64,000 bases of DNA from Candidatus Sulfomarinibacteraceae bacterium (GTDB lineage Bacteria > Acidobacteriota > Thermoanaerobaculia > Thermoanaerobaculales > Sulfomarinibacteraceae). How positions within the stretch are numbered: position 1 is the first letter of the stretch; every line of letters starts with the position of its first letter. A model generated the notes under the pieces. It made no database searches. It was given only the letters and a program-made list of their open reading frames with translations, and was not told the DNA's origin. Below are positions 1 through 10,213 of this stretch, piece after piece. Where the stretch lies: NCBI GenBank assembly GCA_963796455.1, contig CAWCLO010000004.1, positions 928,001 through 992,000 on the forward strand. The letters run 5' to 3'. The position numbers were made by a program, and so were the translations under genes.

Positions 1-534
1 CCAGGTGATATCACAAACGACGGCAGGCACTTTGCGTACATGCTCCAGGCTGAAGAGACGGGTTGGGATATCTGGGCGATGCCTTTGAATGGGTCGGGGG
101 AGGCCTTTCCGCTGTTGCAGTCTGAGTTTATCGAGGTCCGTCCGACCTTTTCCCCGGACGGCAAGTGGTTCGCCTACGGGTCGAACGAATCAGGTCGATT
201 CGAGGTCTATGTCCGCCAGTTCCCCGGACCCGGTGGCCAATGGCAGGTCTCGACCGGCGGCGGAACCGAGCCCATGTGGAGCGGTGACGGATCGGAGATC
301 TACTACGTCGATCCTGGGGGAAACCTCGTGTCCGTGCAGGTCGAGGCTGGATCCGCCTTCAGAGCGGGTTTGCCGGAGACGCTTTTTGCTCCTCCCATCT
401 ACCCGACGATCCAACGCGAGCGCTACGTAGTGAGCGCCGACGGCCAGAAATTCCTGATTCTATCCACGCCCTCAGGTGAAGCTGTGCGGCCCACCACTGT
501 GCTGCTCAACTGGCACTCAGGTCTCCGGGACTAG
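1..534 (+). CDS. C-terminal part of a TolB/PD40 beta-propeller protein (often the tail of a Ser/Thr kinase); runs off the left edge
   Basis: Frame is open from base 1; PD40-like motifs 'PTFSPDGKWFAYGSNESGRFEVYV' and 'PMWSGDGSEIYY'. Confidence 0.75.
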   Translation, partial: PGDITNDGRHFAYMLQAEETGWDIWAMPLNGSGEAFPLLQSEFIEVRPTFSPDGKWFAYGSNESGRFEVYVRQFPGPGGQWQVSTGGGTEPMWSGDGSEIYYVDPGGNLVSVQVEAGSAFRAGLPETLFAPPIYPTIQRERYVVSADGQKFLILSTPSGEAVRPTTVLLNWHSGLRD

Positions 535-551
535 GCTGATACACTGAAGAG

Positions 552-1235
552 GTGGCCCGAGAATTCAGCCTACGTTTCGACCTCGATTTGAGCGAGGCCC
601 TGGGAAGACGATTGTGCCCGGACGCCAAGATCGTTCAGGAGGATCGAAATCTGGTCATGGCCGGGCAGACGATGCTCGATCTCGACCGTCACAACGGCCT
701 CGATGCGGCGTATCTCGCGATCGCCGAGCACCGTCCCTTGCCGCTCGGGCGATATCTTCTGATGCGGAACCGCGGTGAGGATGCTTTCTGGACCTATCAG
801 GCGGTGGTCCACGATCTCGAAGAAAAGCCGTCCTGCCGTGCCGGAAACGTTCGCCGAAGTCTGACCGCGATTCTCAAGGACGGCGTCAAACGCGGTATGA
901 CCTCGGTCTCCGTCGAGCCCCTCGGGGTGTGGCGGTCCCGGGGGCTCAAGATCGAGGAAATGGTGGACGCTTTCGAGGCTGCGGTTCTCGAGGTCAGCGT
1001 CGGGCTCGAAGCTCCGTTGCGGCTGACCCTGTTGCTCAGCGACCTCGAGCTTGTCGAGGAGGTCTCACACCTCTTGCGATCGCGTCTGCTGCGGAAGGCC
1101 AAGCGAAGTTTCAGGACCGTTGACGGAGAGTCTGCGCTGGTCGAAGTCAAACAGCGCGGTTTCAGGCTTCACTGCCGCTTCGTGCCCGGGTCCCTGTCGG
1201 GTTATTCCGTCACCTGCATGGATCACGCGGTCTGA
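552..1235 (+). CDS. hypothetical protein, weak macro-domain-like resemblance
   Basis: 227-aa ORF; extended -10 (TG-a-TACACT, 537-545) 6 nt before the GTG start. Confidence 0.55.
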   Translation: MAREFSLRFDLDLSEALGRRLCPDAKIVQEDRNLVMAGQTMLDLDRHNGLDAAYLAIAEHRPLPLGRYLLMRNRGEDAFWTYQAVVHDLEEKPSCRAGNVRRSLTAILKDGVKRGMTSVSVEPLGVWRSRGLKIEEMVDAFEAAVLEVSVGLEAPLRLTLLLSDLELVEEVSHLLRSRLLRKAKRSFRTVDGESALVEVKQRGFRLHCRFVPGSLSGYSVTCMDHAV

Positions 1236-1431
1236 GGGTTCGCGACGGCTCACATCCGTTGTGCCTTCTTATGACCGACTCGGACGCGGCCACGCCGTCA
1301 CTTCCCCCGATTGCTGCCCCTGATCGCTGTTCCCGGTCGCTGCTCACTGTTCTGTCGCTGGACACTGTTGCTGCCGCTGCCGCCGCCAGCCGTCTCTGGC
1401 CACCCGATTCCCCTCCGTGTATGCTGTCCCG

Positions 1432-1806
<375 letters not shown>

Positions 1807-1948
1807 TTTAACACCGCCTGCCAAGTGGGAGGGTTGTCTTGACTGCGCAGAGGAGCAGAGGATAGGAGAGCAGGGGAGAGGGTGATGGAACGCACACTGG
1901 TTCGGGATTGATGGCCACCGGTGTCCGATCCGATGTAATGTTGAAAGC

Positions 1949-2842
1949 GTGAAATCGGAATTCGCACCCCTCGAGCCCGGTGAGCCGATCGGCGTGGTGG
2001 CATTGTCAGGGCCGGTGGACGACGACAAGCTCGATGCCGGTCTTTCGGTGTTGCGTGCCTGGGGGCATCCCTTGGTGGAAGCTTCCAATCTTCGCCTGAA
2101 GGACTTGTACCTTGCAGGTTCGGACCAAGAACGTCTCGCCGGTTTCGAAGAGGTGGTCGATTCGGGCGTCCGTTGGATCGTGGCGGCGAGGGGGGGCTAT
2201 GGTTCGACCCGTCTCCTCGAATCGGTCTCGTTTCCGGATCTGCGTCGGCGGGGTGTGCATCTGATCGGCTATTCGGACCTCACGGCATTTCTCAACCCTT
2301 TGGCCCTTGATGGAGGGGCGATTCAGTTTCATGGGCCCATGGTGGCGGCCGGTCTTACCCGGACTCACAACGCAAGGCGGCTGCACGAAATGCTGACGGG
2401 AGATTTGGTGGGTCAGATTCTCTATCGCTTTCCGCCGAGCTCGGTCCTTCGACCTGGCTGCGTCGATGGCACGGCACTTGGCGGAAATCTGACCCTTTTG
2501 TCGGCCCTCGTCGGCACACCGTGGGAACCTGATTTTGATGGTTCGGTTCTTTTTCTCGAAGAGGTCGGCGAGCCCCTCTACAAGCTCGATCGAATGTTGA
2601 CCCACCTCCGGGGCTCTGGTAGATTGCGCAACGTGAAAGCATTGATTGGCGGGAGCTTGCGCGGTTGTCGACCGGCTCCGGAACGATCAAGACGGTGGCG
2701 GATGTTGCTCGAAGAGACGGCGCCTCCCGGGGCCTCGATCGTGGTCGGGTTGCCCTTTGGTCACGGTGCCGCAAATCTCGCTTTTCCAATCGGCGCGCGG
2801 GTCGAACTCGACACCGGTGCCGGGTGCGTTGTCTGGAGTTGA
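1949..2842 (+). CDS. ldcA: LD-carboxypeptidase (S66 family)
   Basis: ARGGYGS, IGYSDLT, HGPM, GGNL, LFLEEVGE, PFGHG motifs. Confidence 0.92.
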   Translation: MKSEFAPLEPGEPIGVVALSGPVDDDKLDAGLSVLRAWGHPLVEASNLRLKDLYLAGSDQERLAGFEEVVDSGVRWIVAARGGYGSTRLLESVSFPDLRRRGVHLIGYSDLTAFLNPLALDGGAIQFHGPMVAAGLTRTHNARRLHEMLTGDLVGQILYRFPPSSVLRPGCVDGTALGGNLTLLSALVGTPWEPDFDGSVLFLEEVGEPLYKLDRMLTHLRGSGRLRNVKALIGGSLRGCRPAPERSRRWRMLLEETAPPGASIVVGLPFGHGAANLAFPIGARVELDTGAGCVVWS

Positions 2843-2843
2843 G

Positions 2844-3641
2844 ATGGCGAAGTTCAGGGTGAAATCGACAGGCGGAGGAACGCACGACTCGCTGGAGCCG
2901 ATGCGCAGCGAGTTTCCGAAAGGGAGCGTGATCTTCGCCGAGGGAGATCTCGGGCTGGCCATGTATGTCATCGAAACCGGTCAGGTTGAAATCCGGAAGG
3001 TGCTCGGCGGTAAGGAGCGAACCCTGGCGACCCTGGCCAAGGGCGACTTCTTCGGCGAGATGTGCATGCTCGAGGATGAGAAACCGCGATCGGCCTCCGC
3101 CCACGCGATCGAGGATGTCAATCTGGTGATGATCGACCAGTCGGCCTTCACTTTCATACTCAAACACAACCCGGAGATCGCCATCCGGATGATGCGCAAG
3201 CTGGTCCTGCGATTGCAGCAGACCACCGAGTTGCTCGAAGAGGCGGTTGGACACAAGGTCGATATCGAGGATTCAGGGATCAAAGAACCGGTGGCGCCGT
3301 CGCACGACCCGAACGCGAGGCTGGTGGAGATCACCAGCGGAATCGTCTTTCCGCTCGCCGAATCAAAAGAAACCACCGTCGGGCGGATTGACCCGGTAAC
3401 GGGCATTCTTCCCGACGTGGATCTCACGCCGGTGGACGGCAAACGCTCGATCTCGAGACGCCATGCCCGGGTTCGGCGTGAGGACGACGGCACCTACAGT
3501 GTGGTCGAAGACGTCGGCACGATGAACGGGACCTTTGTCAACGGCGTTCGTCTGGTTGCGGGGCGCGCCTCGCCGGTGGCACCGGGTGACACCGTGGTCT
3601 TCGGGACCATCCAGTGCCGATTCGAGGTTGAAGGCGCCTGA
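2844..3641 (+). CDS. cyclic-nucleotide-binding domain + FHA domain protein
   Basis: N-terminal 'GDFFGEM...PRSASA' cNMP domain; C-terminal FHA 'VGR...ISRRHA...DVGTMNGTFVNG'; ATG 1 nt after the ldcA stop. Confidence 0.88.
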   Translation: MAKFRVKSTGGGTHDSLEPMRSEFPKGSVIFAEGDLGLAMYVIETGQVEIRKVLGGKERTLATLAKGDFFGEMCMLEDEKPRSASAHAIEDVNLVMIDQSAFTFILKHNPEIAIRMMRKLVLRLQQTTELLEEAVGHKVDIEDSGIKEPVAPSHDPNARLVEITSGIVFPLAESKETTVGRIDPVTGILPDVDLTPVDGKRSISRRHARVRREDDGTYSVVEDVGTMNGTFVNGVRLVAGRASPVAPGDTVVFGTIQCRFEVEGA

Positions 3642-5716
3642 TCCGCCCCGAGGATCCCCTGACAGTCCTCAAGGGCATCGGTCCCCGCTCGGCCGAGGCG
3701 CTGGCTGCGGAGGGCTTTGAGAGGGTCGTCGATCTGCTCCTCCATCTGCCGCGGCGCTACGATGACCGATCGCGCCTGACCACTCTCGAGCGCAGCCTGC
3801 AGCCTGGGGAGTGGGTTCTCATTCGCGGCTCCGTCAAGGGCGTCAGGGTGCGGCGAATACCGCGTCGGCGGCTGCATATCGTTGACGGTTTCATCGATGA
3901 CGGGTGTGGGAATCTCAAGGCCGTGTGGTTCAACCAGAGGTGGCTCGGCCGCCGCCTCGAGGACGAACCGGAGCTCTATCTCTACGGCCAGATCCGCAAG
4001 ACAAAGGGCGGCGGCGTTGAATTGATCAACCCCGAGATCGAAAAGGTCGAGGACGACGCCGAGAGGATCGTCCCCATCTATCGACGGATCGGTCGTTTCG
4101 GAGGACGACGGCTGCGAAACCTGATCGGGCAGTGTCTCGAGGCCGTTCCGCAGTGTCCCGATCCATTGCCGGAGGCCATTCGTCGCGAGTATGGTCTGTC
4201 CGAACTCGGCCCCGGCCTTCGCGAACTCCATGCTCCGGTAGTGCCTTCGAACGACGACGAACGCCACCTCATGATGACTGAGCTTGGGGATGGTCGAAGG
4301 GCTGGGCACCGCCGTCTCGCCTTCGACGAGTTGCTGGCGTTTGCATGCACGGTGACGGAGAATCGTGATCGCCGTGAGGGGCTCGATGGACCTCTGATCA
4401 AAGTGACCGAAAAGGCCGAAAAGCAGCTCTGCGAACTGCTACCTTTCCGACTCACCGATGCCCAGCGACGGGTGGTGCGGGAGATCTCGGCCGATCTCGG
4501 CCGGTCGCGACCGATGGCCCGCCTGGTGCAGGGCGATGTGGGTTCGGGAAAAACCGCGGTGGCGGCGGTGGCCATGGCCATGGCGCTGGAAGCAGGGTTT
4601 CAGGTCGCGATCATGGCCCCGACGGAGCTCCTCGCCGAACAACACCTGCGGACCCTCGATGGGATTTTTACTTCGGCAGGCTACCCTCCACGACTCCTGG
4701 TGGGATCTCTGACGGCGGCCGAACGGCGCGCTGTCAACGGGGGCCTCGCGGATGGATCGCTCCGCCTCGTCATCGGCACCCATGCCCTGTTCCAGGAATC
4801 GGTGGAATTCCATCGTTTGGGTCTGGTGGTGGTCGACGAACAACACCGTTTCGGTGTGGTCCAGCGCTCTGCTCTGGTTGCCAAAGGCGCCTCGCCCCAC
4901 CTGCTGGTGATGACCGCGACACCGATCCCGAGGTCCCTGGCATTGACCGTATATGGAGATCTCGAACTATCCGTTATTGACGAAATGCCTCCTGGGCGAC
5001 AGCCGGTGAGGACGGTCCTTCGACCAGCGAGCGCTCGCGCCAAGGTCTTTGATTTCATCCGAACCGAGCTCGGGGAGGGTGGTCGAGCTTTTATCGTTTG
5101 TCCATTCATCGATCCCAACGAGGACATCCCGGTTGCCGCGGTTTCAGAACGCTTCGAAGACATCCGGAATCGCCTCCAGGGCTTCGATGTCGGAATTCTC
5201 CACGGCCGCCTGTCGAGTCACGAGCGTGACGAGGTCAGCGCCGGTTTCCGCGACGGGTCGATCCAGGTCCTTCTGGCGACGACGGTCATCGAGGTCGGGG
5301 TCGATGTTCCGGAAGCCACGATCATGGTGATCGAGTCGGCGCAGCACTTCGGTTTGTCGCAGCTTCATCAACTTCGAGGCAGGGTTGGGCGCGGCTGCCG
5401 TCCGGCCTGGTGCATCCTTCTGACCGACGGAGCCGTGAGCGAGGACGCCCGACGCCGGCTCGGGGTTGTCTGCCGCTCGGTTGATGGTTTCGAAATCGCC
5501 GAGGCGGATCTGGAAATACGCGGCCCCGGTGAACTGATGGGCACCCGGCAGTGGGGGCCGGCGGCCTTCCGCTTTGCCAACCTGGTGCGCGATCTGGGGG
5601 TGATCGGACGGACCCGCGATCTGGCCGCTGAATTCTCCAGCCAGGGTAAATTGAAGAAACTTCGTCGCGACCTTGGGCTTTATCACCCGATCGAATCTGG
5701 GTTTCGCGCGAGCTGA
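3638..5716 (+). CDS. recG: ATP-dependent DNA helicase RecG; probable CTG start at 3638
   Basis: QGDVGSGKT, DEQH, MTATPIPR and QLRGRVGR motifs; RecG-type N-terminus LKGIGP...DLLLHLPRRYDDR is encoded in frame upstream of the GTG at 3848. Confidence 0.95.
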   Translation: MIRPEDPLTVLKGIGPRSAEALAAEGFERVVDLLLHLPRRYDDRSRLTTLERSLQPGEWVLIRGSVKGVRVRRIPRRRLHIVDGFIDDGCGNLKAVWFNQRWLGRRLEDEPELYLYGQIRKTKGGGVELINPEIEKVEDDAERIVPIYRRIGRFGGRRLRNLIGQCLEAVPQCPDPLPEAIRREYGLSELGPGLRELHAPVVPSNDDERHLMMTELGDGRRAGHRRLAFDELLAFACTVTENRDRREGLDGPLIKVTEKAEKQLCELLPFRLTDAQRRVVREISADLGRSRPMARLVQGDVGSGKTAVAAVAMAMALEAGFQVAIMAPTELLAEQHLRTLDGIFTSAGYPPRLLVGSLTAAERRAVNGGLADGSLRLVIGTHALFQESVEFHRLGLVVVDEQHRFGVVQRSALVAKGASPHLLVMTATPIPRSLALTVYGDLELSVIDEMPPGRQPVRTVLRPASARAKVFDFIRTELGEGGRAFIVCPFIDPNEDIPVAAVSERFEDIRNRLQGFDVGILHGRLSSHERDEVSAGFRDGSIQVLLATTVIEVGVDVPEATIMVIESAQHFGLSQLHQLRGRVGRGCRPAWCILLTDGAVSEDARRRLGVVCRSVDGFEIAEADLEIRGPGELMGTRQWGPAAFRFANLVRDLGVIGRTRDLAAEFSSQGKLKKLRRDLGLYHPIESGFRAS

Positions 5717-5933
5717 GAGCTCGAGATTATGGTGCGGCTCCGGGTGATGGCACAATAGGCTCACGTTCGATAGGAGGTTTCCAATTGCAGCACGGATCCG
5801 AAATTCAGACGATCACCGGCGGTGATTTCTACCAACGTCTTCGCACCCTCCAGGATCTCCTCGAGCTTGGTGACGAAATGGTCAGCGGGCGCGTCTGGGG
5901 TCGGTTGCAACGAATGGTCGGAGGTGATTTCTG

Positions 5934-7250
5934 ATGGGGAACAACCAATGGACACCCGGCGTCGACGATCCGCAACTGGTGGTCGAGCCGGGCCAGTTGG
6001 CTCATCTCGATACCAGTCCCGAAACCATGCTGCCTATTCCAGGCAGCCGAATGTTCGAAATCAACGAGGCGCTCAAGGTCTATCTCGCGGACCGGCCCGA
6101 TGGGGTGGTATTCGACGCCAGCCAGGGTGATGGTGGCGCGAGCCTGCCCGGGGTTCCGTCAGAGATCCTGGATATGGCCCATCGACTTCAAGTCGAACAT
6201 GGAACGGGTTACGACAAACCCTTCGGCACCCCGGAGTTCCGACGTTGTGTGGTCGAGGACTACTGGGGCCTGGATGCGGCAACCGGTTGGGGCCCGGCGA
6301 ATGTCATCGCCTGCCAGGGCGGTCGTGACGCGCTCATCAAGTCATACGATGCGGCCCAGTTCCTCGGTCACCGCCGGCGCGGCGACTTCGTAGTGACCTC
6401 CCGAGTGCCGTGGATCTCGTATAACTGGGGCCCCTACGCGGTTGGAGCCAACGTGATGCTGGCCCCCGGCCGTGAGAACGAAGCGTGGACCCTGACTCCT
6501 GAGGCCATCAACCAGTGCGGCGAATTCGCCGCGCGACTCGACGGGCGGCGTCTGGCGATGCTGGTGATCACGAGCCCCGACAACCCGACCGGCCGCAGCA
6601 TGACTCCGGAGCGCCAGATCCAAATCGCCCGAGCCGCCTTTGCAGCCGGGGTTCCCTATGTCTTCTTCGACTGGATCTATCACCGGGTGACCGATGGAGA
6701 AGCGAACGATCTCAACTCCTTTCTGGGCGCCCTCGAGCCCGAGGAACGAGAAAGGTGCATATTCCTTGACGGGCTCACCAAAGCCCTCGGTGCGAGCAAT
6801 ATCCGAAACGCCCACCTCGTCGCTTCAGAGAAGGTCATCAAGTTCATCCAGAGCCGCGCTTCCCACGCCGTGATTCCATCGTTCTACAGCCTCGCGGTGG
6901 CCATCGCAGCCTATAGGATGGGTTTTGCAGAGGCGTCAAAGACCATCGTCGGCCCCACCAACGCGTCCAGAAAAGTGATGGCCGGAAAGCTCGCCGAACT
7001 GGGGATCAACCACATTTTGGGCAAGGGATATTACGCCTTCCTCGATCTGGCCCCCTGGATCGAGAAAGCAGGTCTTGCAGACAGTGCCGAACTCGGAAGT
7101 CTGCTGGCGGAGCGTCACGGTCTGGCCGTCGTTCCCGGGGTCTATTTCTCCGAATACGGACGCAACTGGATTCGATTCTCCTACGCGTTGCCGCCGAGCA
7201 CGACGGAGGCGGCGGTAGATCGTTTGTGGGAAGCGCTGTCCTCGCTGTGA
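5934..7250 (+). CDS. PLP-dependent aminotransferase, class I/II
   Basis: SPDNPTG, D-x-x-Y (DWIY), PLP lysine in 'DGLTKALG', 'VVPG...IRFSY'. Confidence 0.9.
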   Translation: MGNNQWTPGVDDPQLVVEPGQLAHLDTSPETMLPIPGSRMFEINEALKVYLADRPDGVVFDASQGDGGASLPGVPSEILDMAHRLQVEHGTGYDKPFGTPEFRRCVVEDYWGLDAATGWGPANVIACQGGRDALIKSYDAAQFLGHRRRGDFVVTSRVPWISYNWGPYAVGANVMLAPGRENEAWTLTPEAINQCGEFAARLDGRRLAMLVITSPDNPTGRSMTPERQIQIARAAFAAGVPYVFFDWIYHRVTDGEANDLNSFLGALEPEERERCIFLDGLTKALGASNIRNAHLVASEKVIKFIQSRASHAVIPSFYSLAVAIAAYRMGFAEASKTIVGPTNASRKVMAGKLAELGINHILGKGYYAFLDLAPWIEKAGLADSAELGSLLAERHGLAVVPGVYFSEYGRNWIRFSYALPPSTTEAAVDRLWEALSSL

Positions 7251-7263
7251 GGGGCAGCGGATC

Positions 7264-10113
7264 ATGATGCGGCCCAAGGACTGGGGCCTTTTTGCCGAAA
7301 AGGTACAACTGGCGATCGAAAATTCACAGCAGGGTGACCCCAAGGGTGGGACGTCGGGTCTGGAGATCGAGTACAACATTCTCGATCGCGATCTCGCGCC
7401 GGTGGCGCATGTCGGTTACGGTCCGGAACGCAGGTCCTTCGCCGATTATCTCCACGATGAAAGGCTGCCCGATTGGGTTCGGGATCGATTTCAGCTCGAG
7501 GTCTTCCATTGGATGACCGAGCTCACGACCCAACCCTGTTATTCGGCCCGGGCCACCGCCGCTCAATCGCGACTTCTCGAGGGCGTGCTGCTCGATACGC
7601 TCGCGGATATCGGTCATTCCTTTGGTGCGTCCTTCCTCGCAATGCACGGAAATATTCCCTGTCAGGTCGATGTGAACGGTGGCAGCATTCCGGATGGGTG
7701 GAACCTCGCCCGCCAGCGCTACCTCAGAAAGTGTGTCGATCTCTTTGGCGATCGTCTCGCGACGGCGGGGATTCACACCAACCACAGTTTTCCCGAGGCA
7801 CTCCTGTCGTGGGACTTCTTCCACCTTCCGCTCTCCGAGCGCCAGGGCAGGACCATCGAGTACTATCGCAATCATTCGGTGATCCGAGCGACCCGGTTGC
7901 TGCGGCCGATGTGTCCGGTGTTCATTGCAGTCAGCGCCGCCTCACCATTTGCGTGGGAGCAGGTCGAGGGCGCCAACCAGATTGTCCTGACCGATTTTGA
8001 CTCCTGCCGGCTGCTCGCATTCCCCAACCCCGAGGATCTCGATGTTTCGGGTCTCTACGGAAGCCACGCGGACTACCTCGACATCTCCTACCGATTGGTG
8101 AGATCGGGCGTCCGCTTCGGCGCCAACAACTGGACCCCGGTGAGAGCCCGTTCCGATGTCGATCCGGTTCGCCGCAATATCACCGCAACCAGCGATCAGC
8201 TGCGGGAGCTTTACAGCCGCGGCATCTATCCAACCGGCGAGCACGGCAGTCTCGAGGAAGCCGAACGCGCACTGGTGGTCGAAAACCTCTGCGCCCGGGT
8301 CGATCTGCCGATGAACCGGGTGGAGGTGCGCACCGACGAGGGCGGGGATGATCTCGCGCTTGCGACGGCCAAGATCCTCTTCAAAGATCTCCTGATGTTG
8401 CGGATCTATGCCGAACCGGAGTACGGCGCCAGCTATGCGTACGACGTCGCCGACATCGCCCGGGCGCGGGCGAATGAAAAGGCGGCGGCGCGGCGCGGCC
8501 TGGACGCTTCGATCGAACACCCCATGACCGGTACAAAAATCAGCATCCGAGCCTATCTCGGGGAGTTGCTCGAAGAGATTGCTCCTCTGGCGACGGCGCT
8601 CGGAGCCGGCGAGGAACTTGCGCCACTTCATGAGATGGCGGCCGGCGGGCCCAATCCGGCCGCGATGATCCGTGCCGGTTTTACCAAGGCGGTCGGAACC
8701 GATGCACCGCGAGCGCCTTCGGGTGCGAGGGTGATTCCATCATCGATGTTGATTGATCTGTTCGAACAACGTCGCCGGATGATCGCCCGGGAGACCCAGG
8801 AGATCGCCGACCGACCCGACCGTCAGGGCGCCGAGTGGCCAAAGATGGCCCCTCTCGTGGCGGGGCTCGAAAGCTTGGCGGTCGAACGGCCGGCGATGCC
8901 GGTTCGGCTCGGCAGGGCCACGGAAGGAGTGCGGGTCGAGGGACTCGGTGATCGCGCATCGGAGGTCCTGGCGCTGGCTGTCGATCTGGTGCGGATCCCA
9001 TCGGTGACGAACTGCCCCGATGAGCGTTTGGAGCAGGTCTTTTCGTGCGCCGGATTTGTCGCCAACCACCTTGCTTCGGGCAAACTGGATGTCAGGCTCT
9101 TCGACCGCGGCCGCTATCCGGCGGTGGTCGCCGCGTTTCCCGGCGTGACCCAACCGAAAATCACCCTGTGTGGACACTTCGACGTGGTGCGTCCGGAACC
9201 GGACGACGCCCAGTTCGAACCTCGCATCCAAGGAGACTATCTGTGGGGTCGTGGATCGGCTGATATGAAAACCGTGGTTGCAAGCTACATGGTTTGGATG
9301 CGCGAACGGTTGGCCATGGGGCCGCCATACCCGCCCTTCAACTTGTTATTGATTGGCAACGAGGAGAACGGAGAGGGTGATCCTTTTGGCACTCCTCACG
9401 TCCTCAAAACCCTTGAAAAGGAGAGTGGGTGGCGCCCGGAGTTGATGGTGGTTGGTGAGCGGACCGGAGAAAAAGGAGACGAACTCTACGGAGAAGTGTG
9501 CACCGAAAGCAGGGGAATCCTGCGCGCTCACCTAACGGCCCGGGGCGTCAGCGGTCACACCGGAACCAGCGGCAGCCCGGCGGATCTCCTCGATCAACTT
9601 GTCGAGGCCCAGGCGGTTCTCAAATCTTTTTTCAAAAGGCACCTGACCCTCGCCAGTGTCGATGGGTGGGAGACAACCGCTCGCTTCCCCTTCCTCAATG
9701 TCGGCGAGCCCGGGGTGTACAACATCACGGCATCGCTGGGGGTACTCGGTATCGAGATCCGCCCGATCCCGGGCGACGATCTGGACGGTTTCGTGAAAGA
9801 GACCAGGGATCTCTGCCGCGAACTCGGTCTCGAGGCGGTCGTGGAGCTCATGGAACCCGGAGTCAGTTGCCCTCCGACCAATCCCCATCTCGGACAGTTG
9901 TTGCAGGCCGTCGAGGATGTTTCGGGCGCACCGGCGGTGGTTGGCAAAAAGAAGCCGGGTTCTTCAGCCCGTTTTGCGCCAGGCGGCAATCAGGTCGTGT
10001 GGGGGCAATCGGGCATCGGGCCCCACTCGCGAGAAGAGCGCCATTTCATCCCGTCGATCGAACCGTATATGCAGGTCCTCGACGCCTTTGCCACCAAGCT
10101 CCTTTCAGAATGA
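7264..10113 (+). CDS. fusion of a GCS2/glutamate-cysteine-ligase-like domain and an M20 (ArgE/DapE-like) metallo-amidohydrolase
   Basis: N-terminal GLEIEY, ELTT, GIHTN, AASPF, RVEVR; C-terminal CGHFDVV, GRGSADMK, NEE, GE and HSREE metal-ligand motifs. Confidence 0.82.
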   Translation: MMRPKDWGLFAEKVQLAIENSQQGDPKGGTSGLEIEYNILDRDLAPVAHVGYGPERRSFADYLHDERLPDWVRDRFQLEVFHWMTELTTQPCYSARATAAQSRLLEGVLLDTLADIGHSFGASFLAMHGNIPCQVDVNGGSIPDGWNLARQRYLRKCVDLFGDRLATAGIHTNHSFPEALLSWDFFHLPLSERQGRTIEYYRNHSVIRATRLLRPMCPVFIAVSAASPFAWEQVEGANQIVLTDFDSCRLLAFPNPEDLDVSGLYGSHADYLDISYRLVRSGVRFGANNWTPVRARSDVDPVRRNITATSDQLRELYSRGIYPTGEHGSLEEAERALVVENLCARVDLPMNRVEVRTDEGGDDLALATAKILFKDLLMLRIYAEPEYGASYAYDVADIARARANEKAAARRGLDASIEHPMTGTKISIRAYLGELLEEIAPLATALGAGEELAPLHEMAAGGPNPAAMIRAGFTKAVGTDAPRAPSGARVIPSSMLIDLFEQRRRMIARETQEIADRPDRQGAEWPKMAPLVAGLESLAVERPAMPVRLGRATEGVRVEGLGDRASEVLALAVDLVRIPSVTNCPDERLEQVFSCAGFVANHLASGKLDVRLFDRGRYPAVVAAFPGVTQPKITLCGHFDVVRPEPDDAQFEPRIQGDYLWGRGSADMKTVVASYMVWMRERLAMGPPYPPFNLLLIGNEENGEGDPFGTPHVLKTLEKESGWRPELMVVGERTGEKGDELYGEVCTESRGILRAHLTARGVSGHTGTSGSPADLLDQLVEAQAVLKSFFKRHLTLASVDGWETTARFPFLNVGEPGVYNITASLGVLGIEIRPIPGDDLDGFVKETRDLCRELGLEAVVELMEPGVSCPPTNPHLGQLLQAVEDVSGAPAVVGKKKPGSSARFAPGGNQVVWGQSGIGPHSREERHFIPSIEPYMQVLDAFATKLLSE

Positions 10114-10213
10114 ACCGTGTCCGCGTCCCCGTCCGCGCCTGATCGGAAAATGAGTTTCAGCGGACGAGTCGGCCTTCAGGGCCCATCGGGCGCGGACTTG
10201 GATGAGGGAACGA

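Noticed and set aside
5717..5955. Small minus-strand ORF 5761-5955 and a TGGCAC element near 5748
   Set aside because: No recognisable homology or SD; TGGCAC lacks a correctly spaced TTGC
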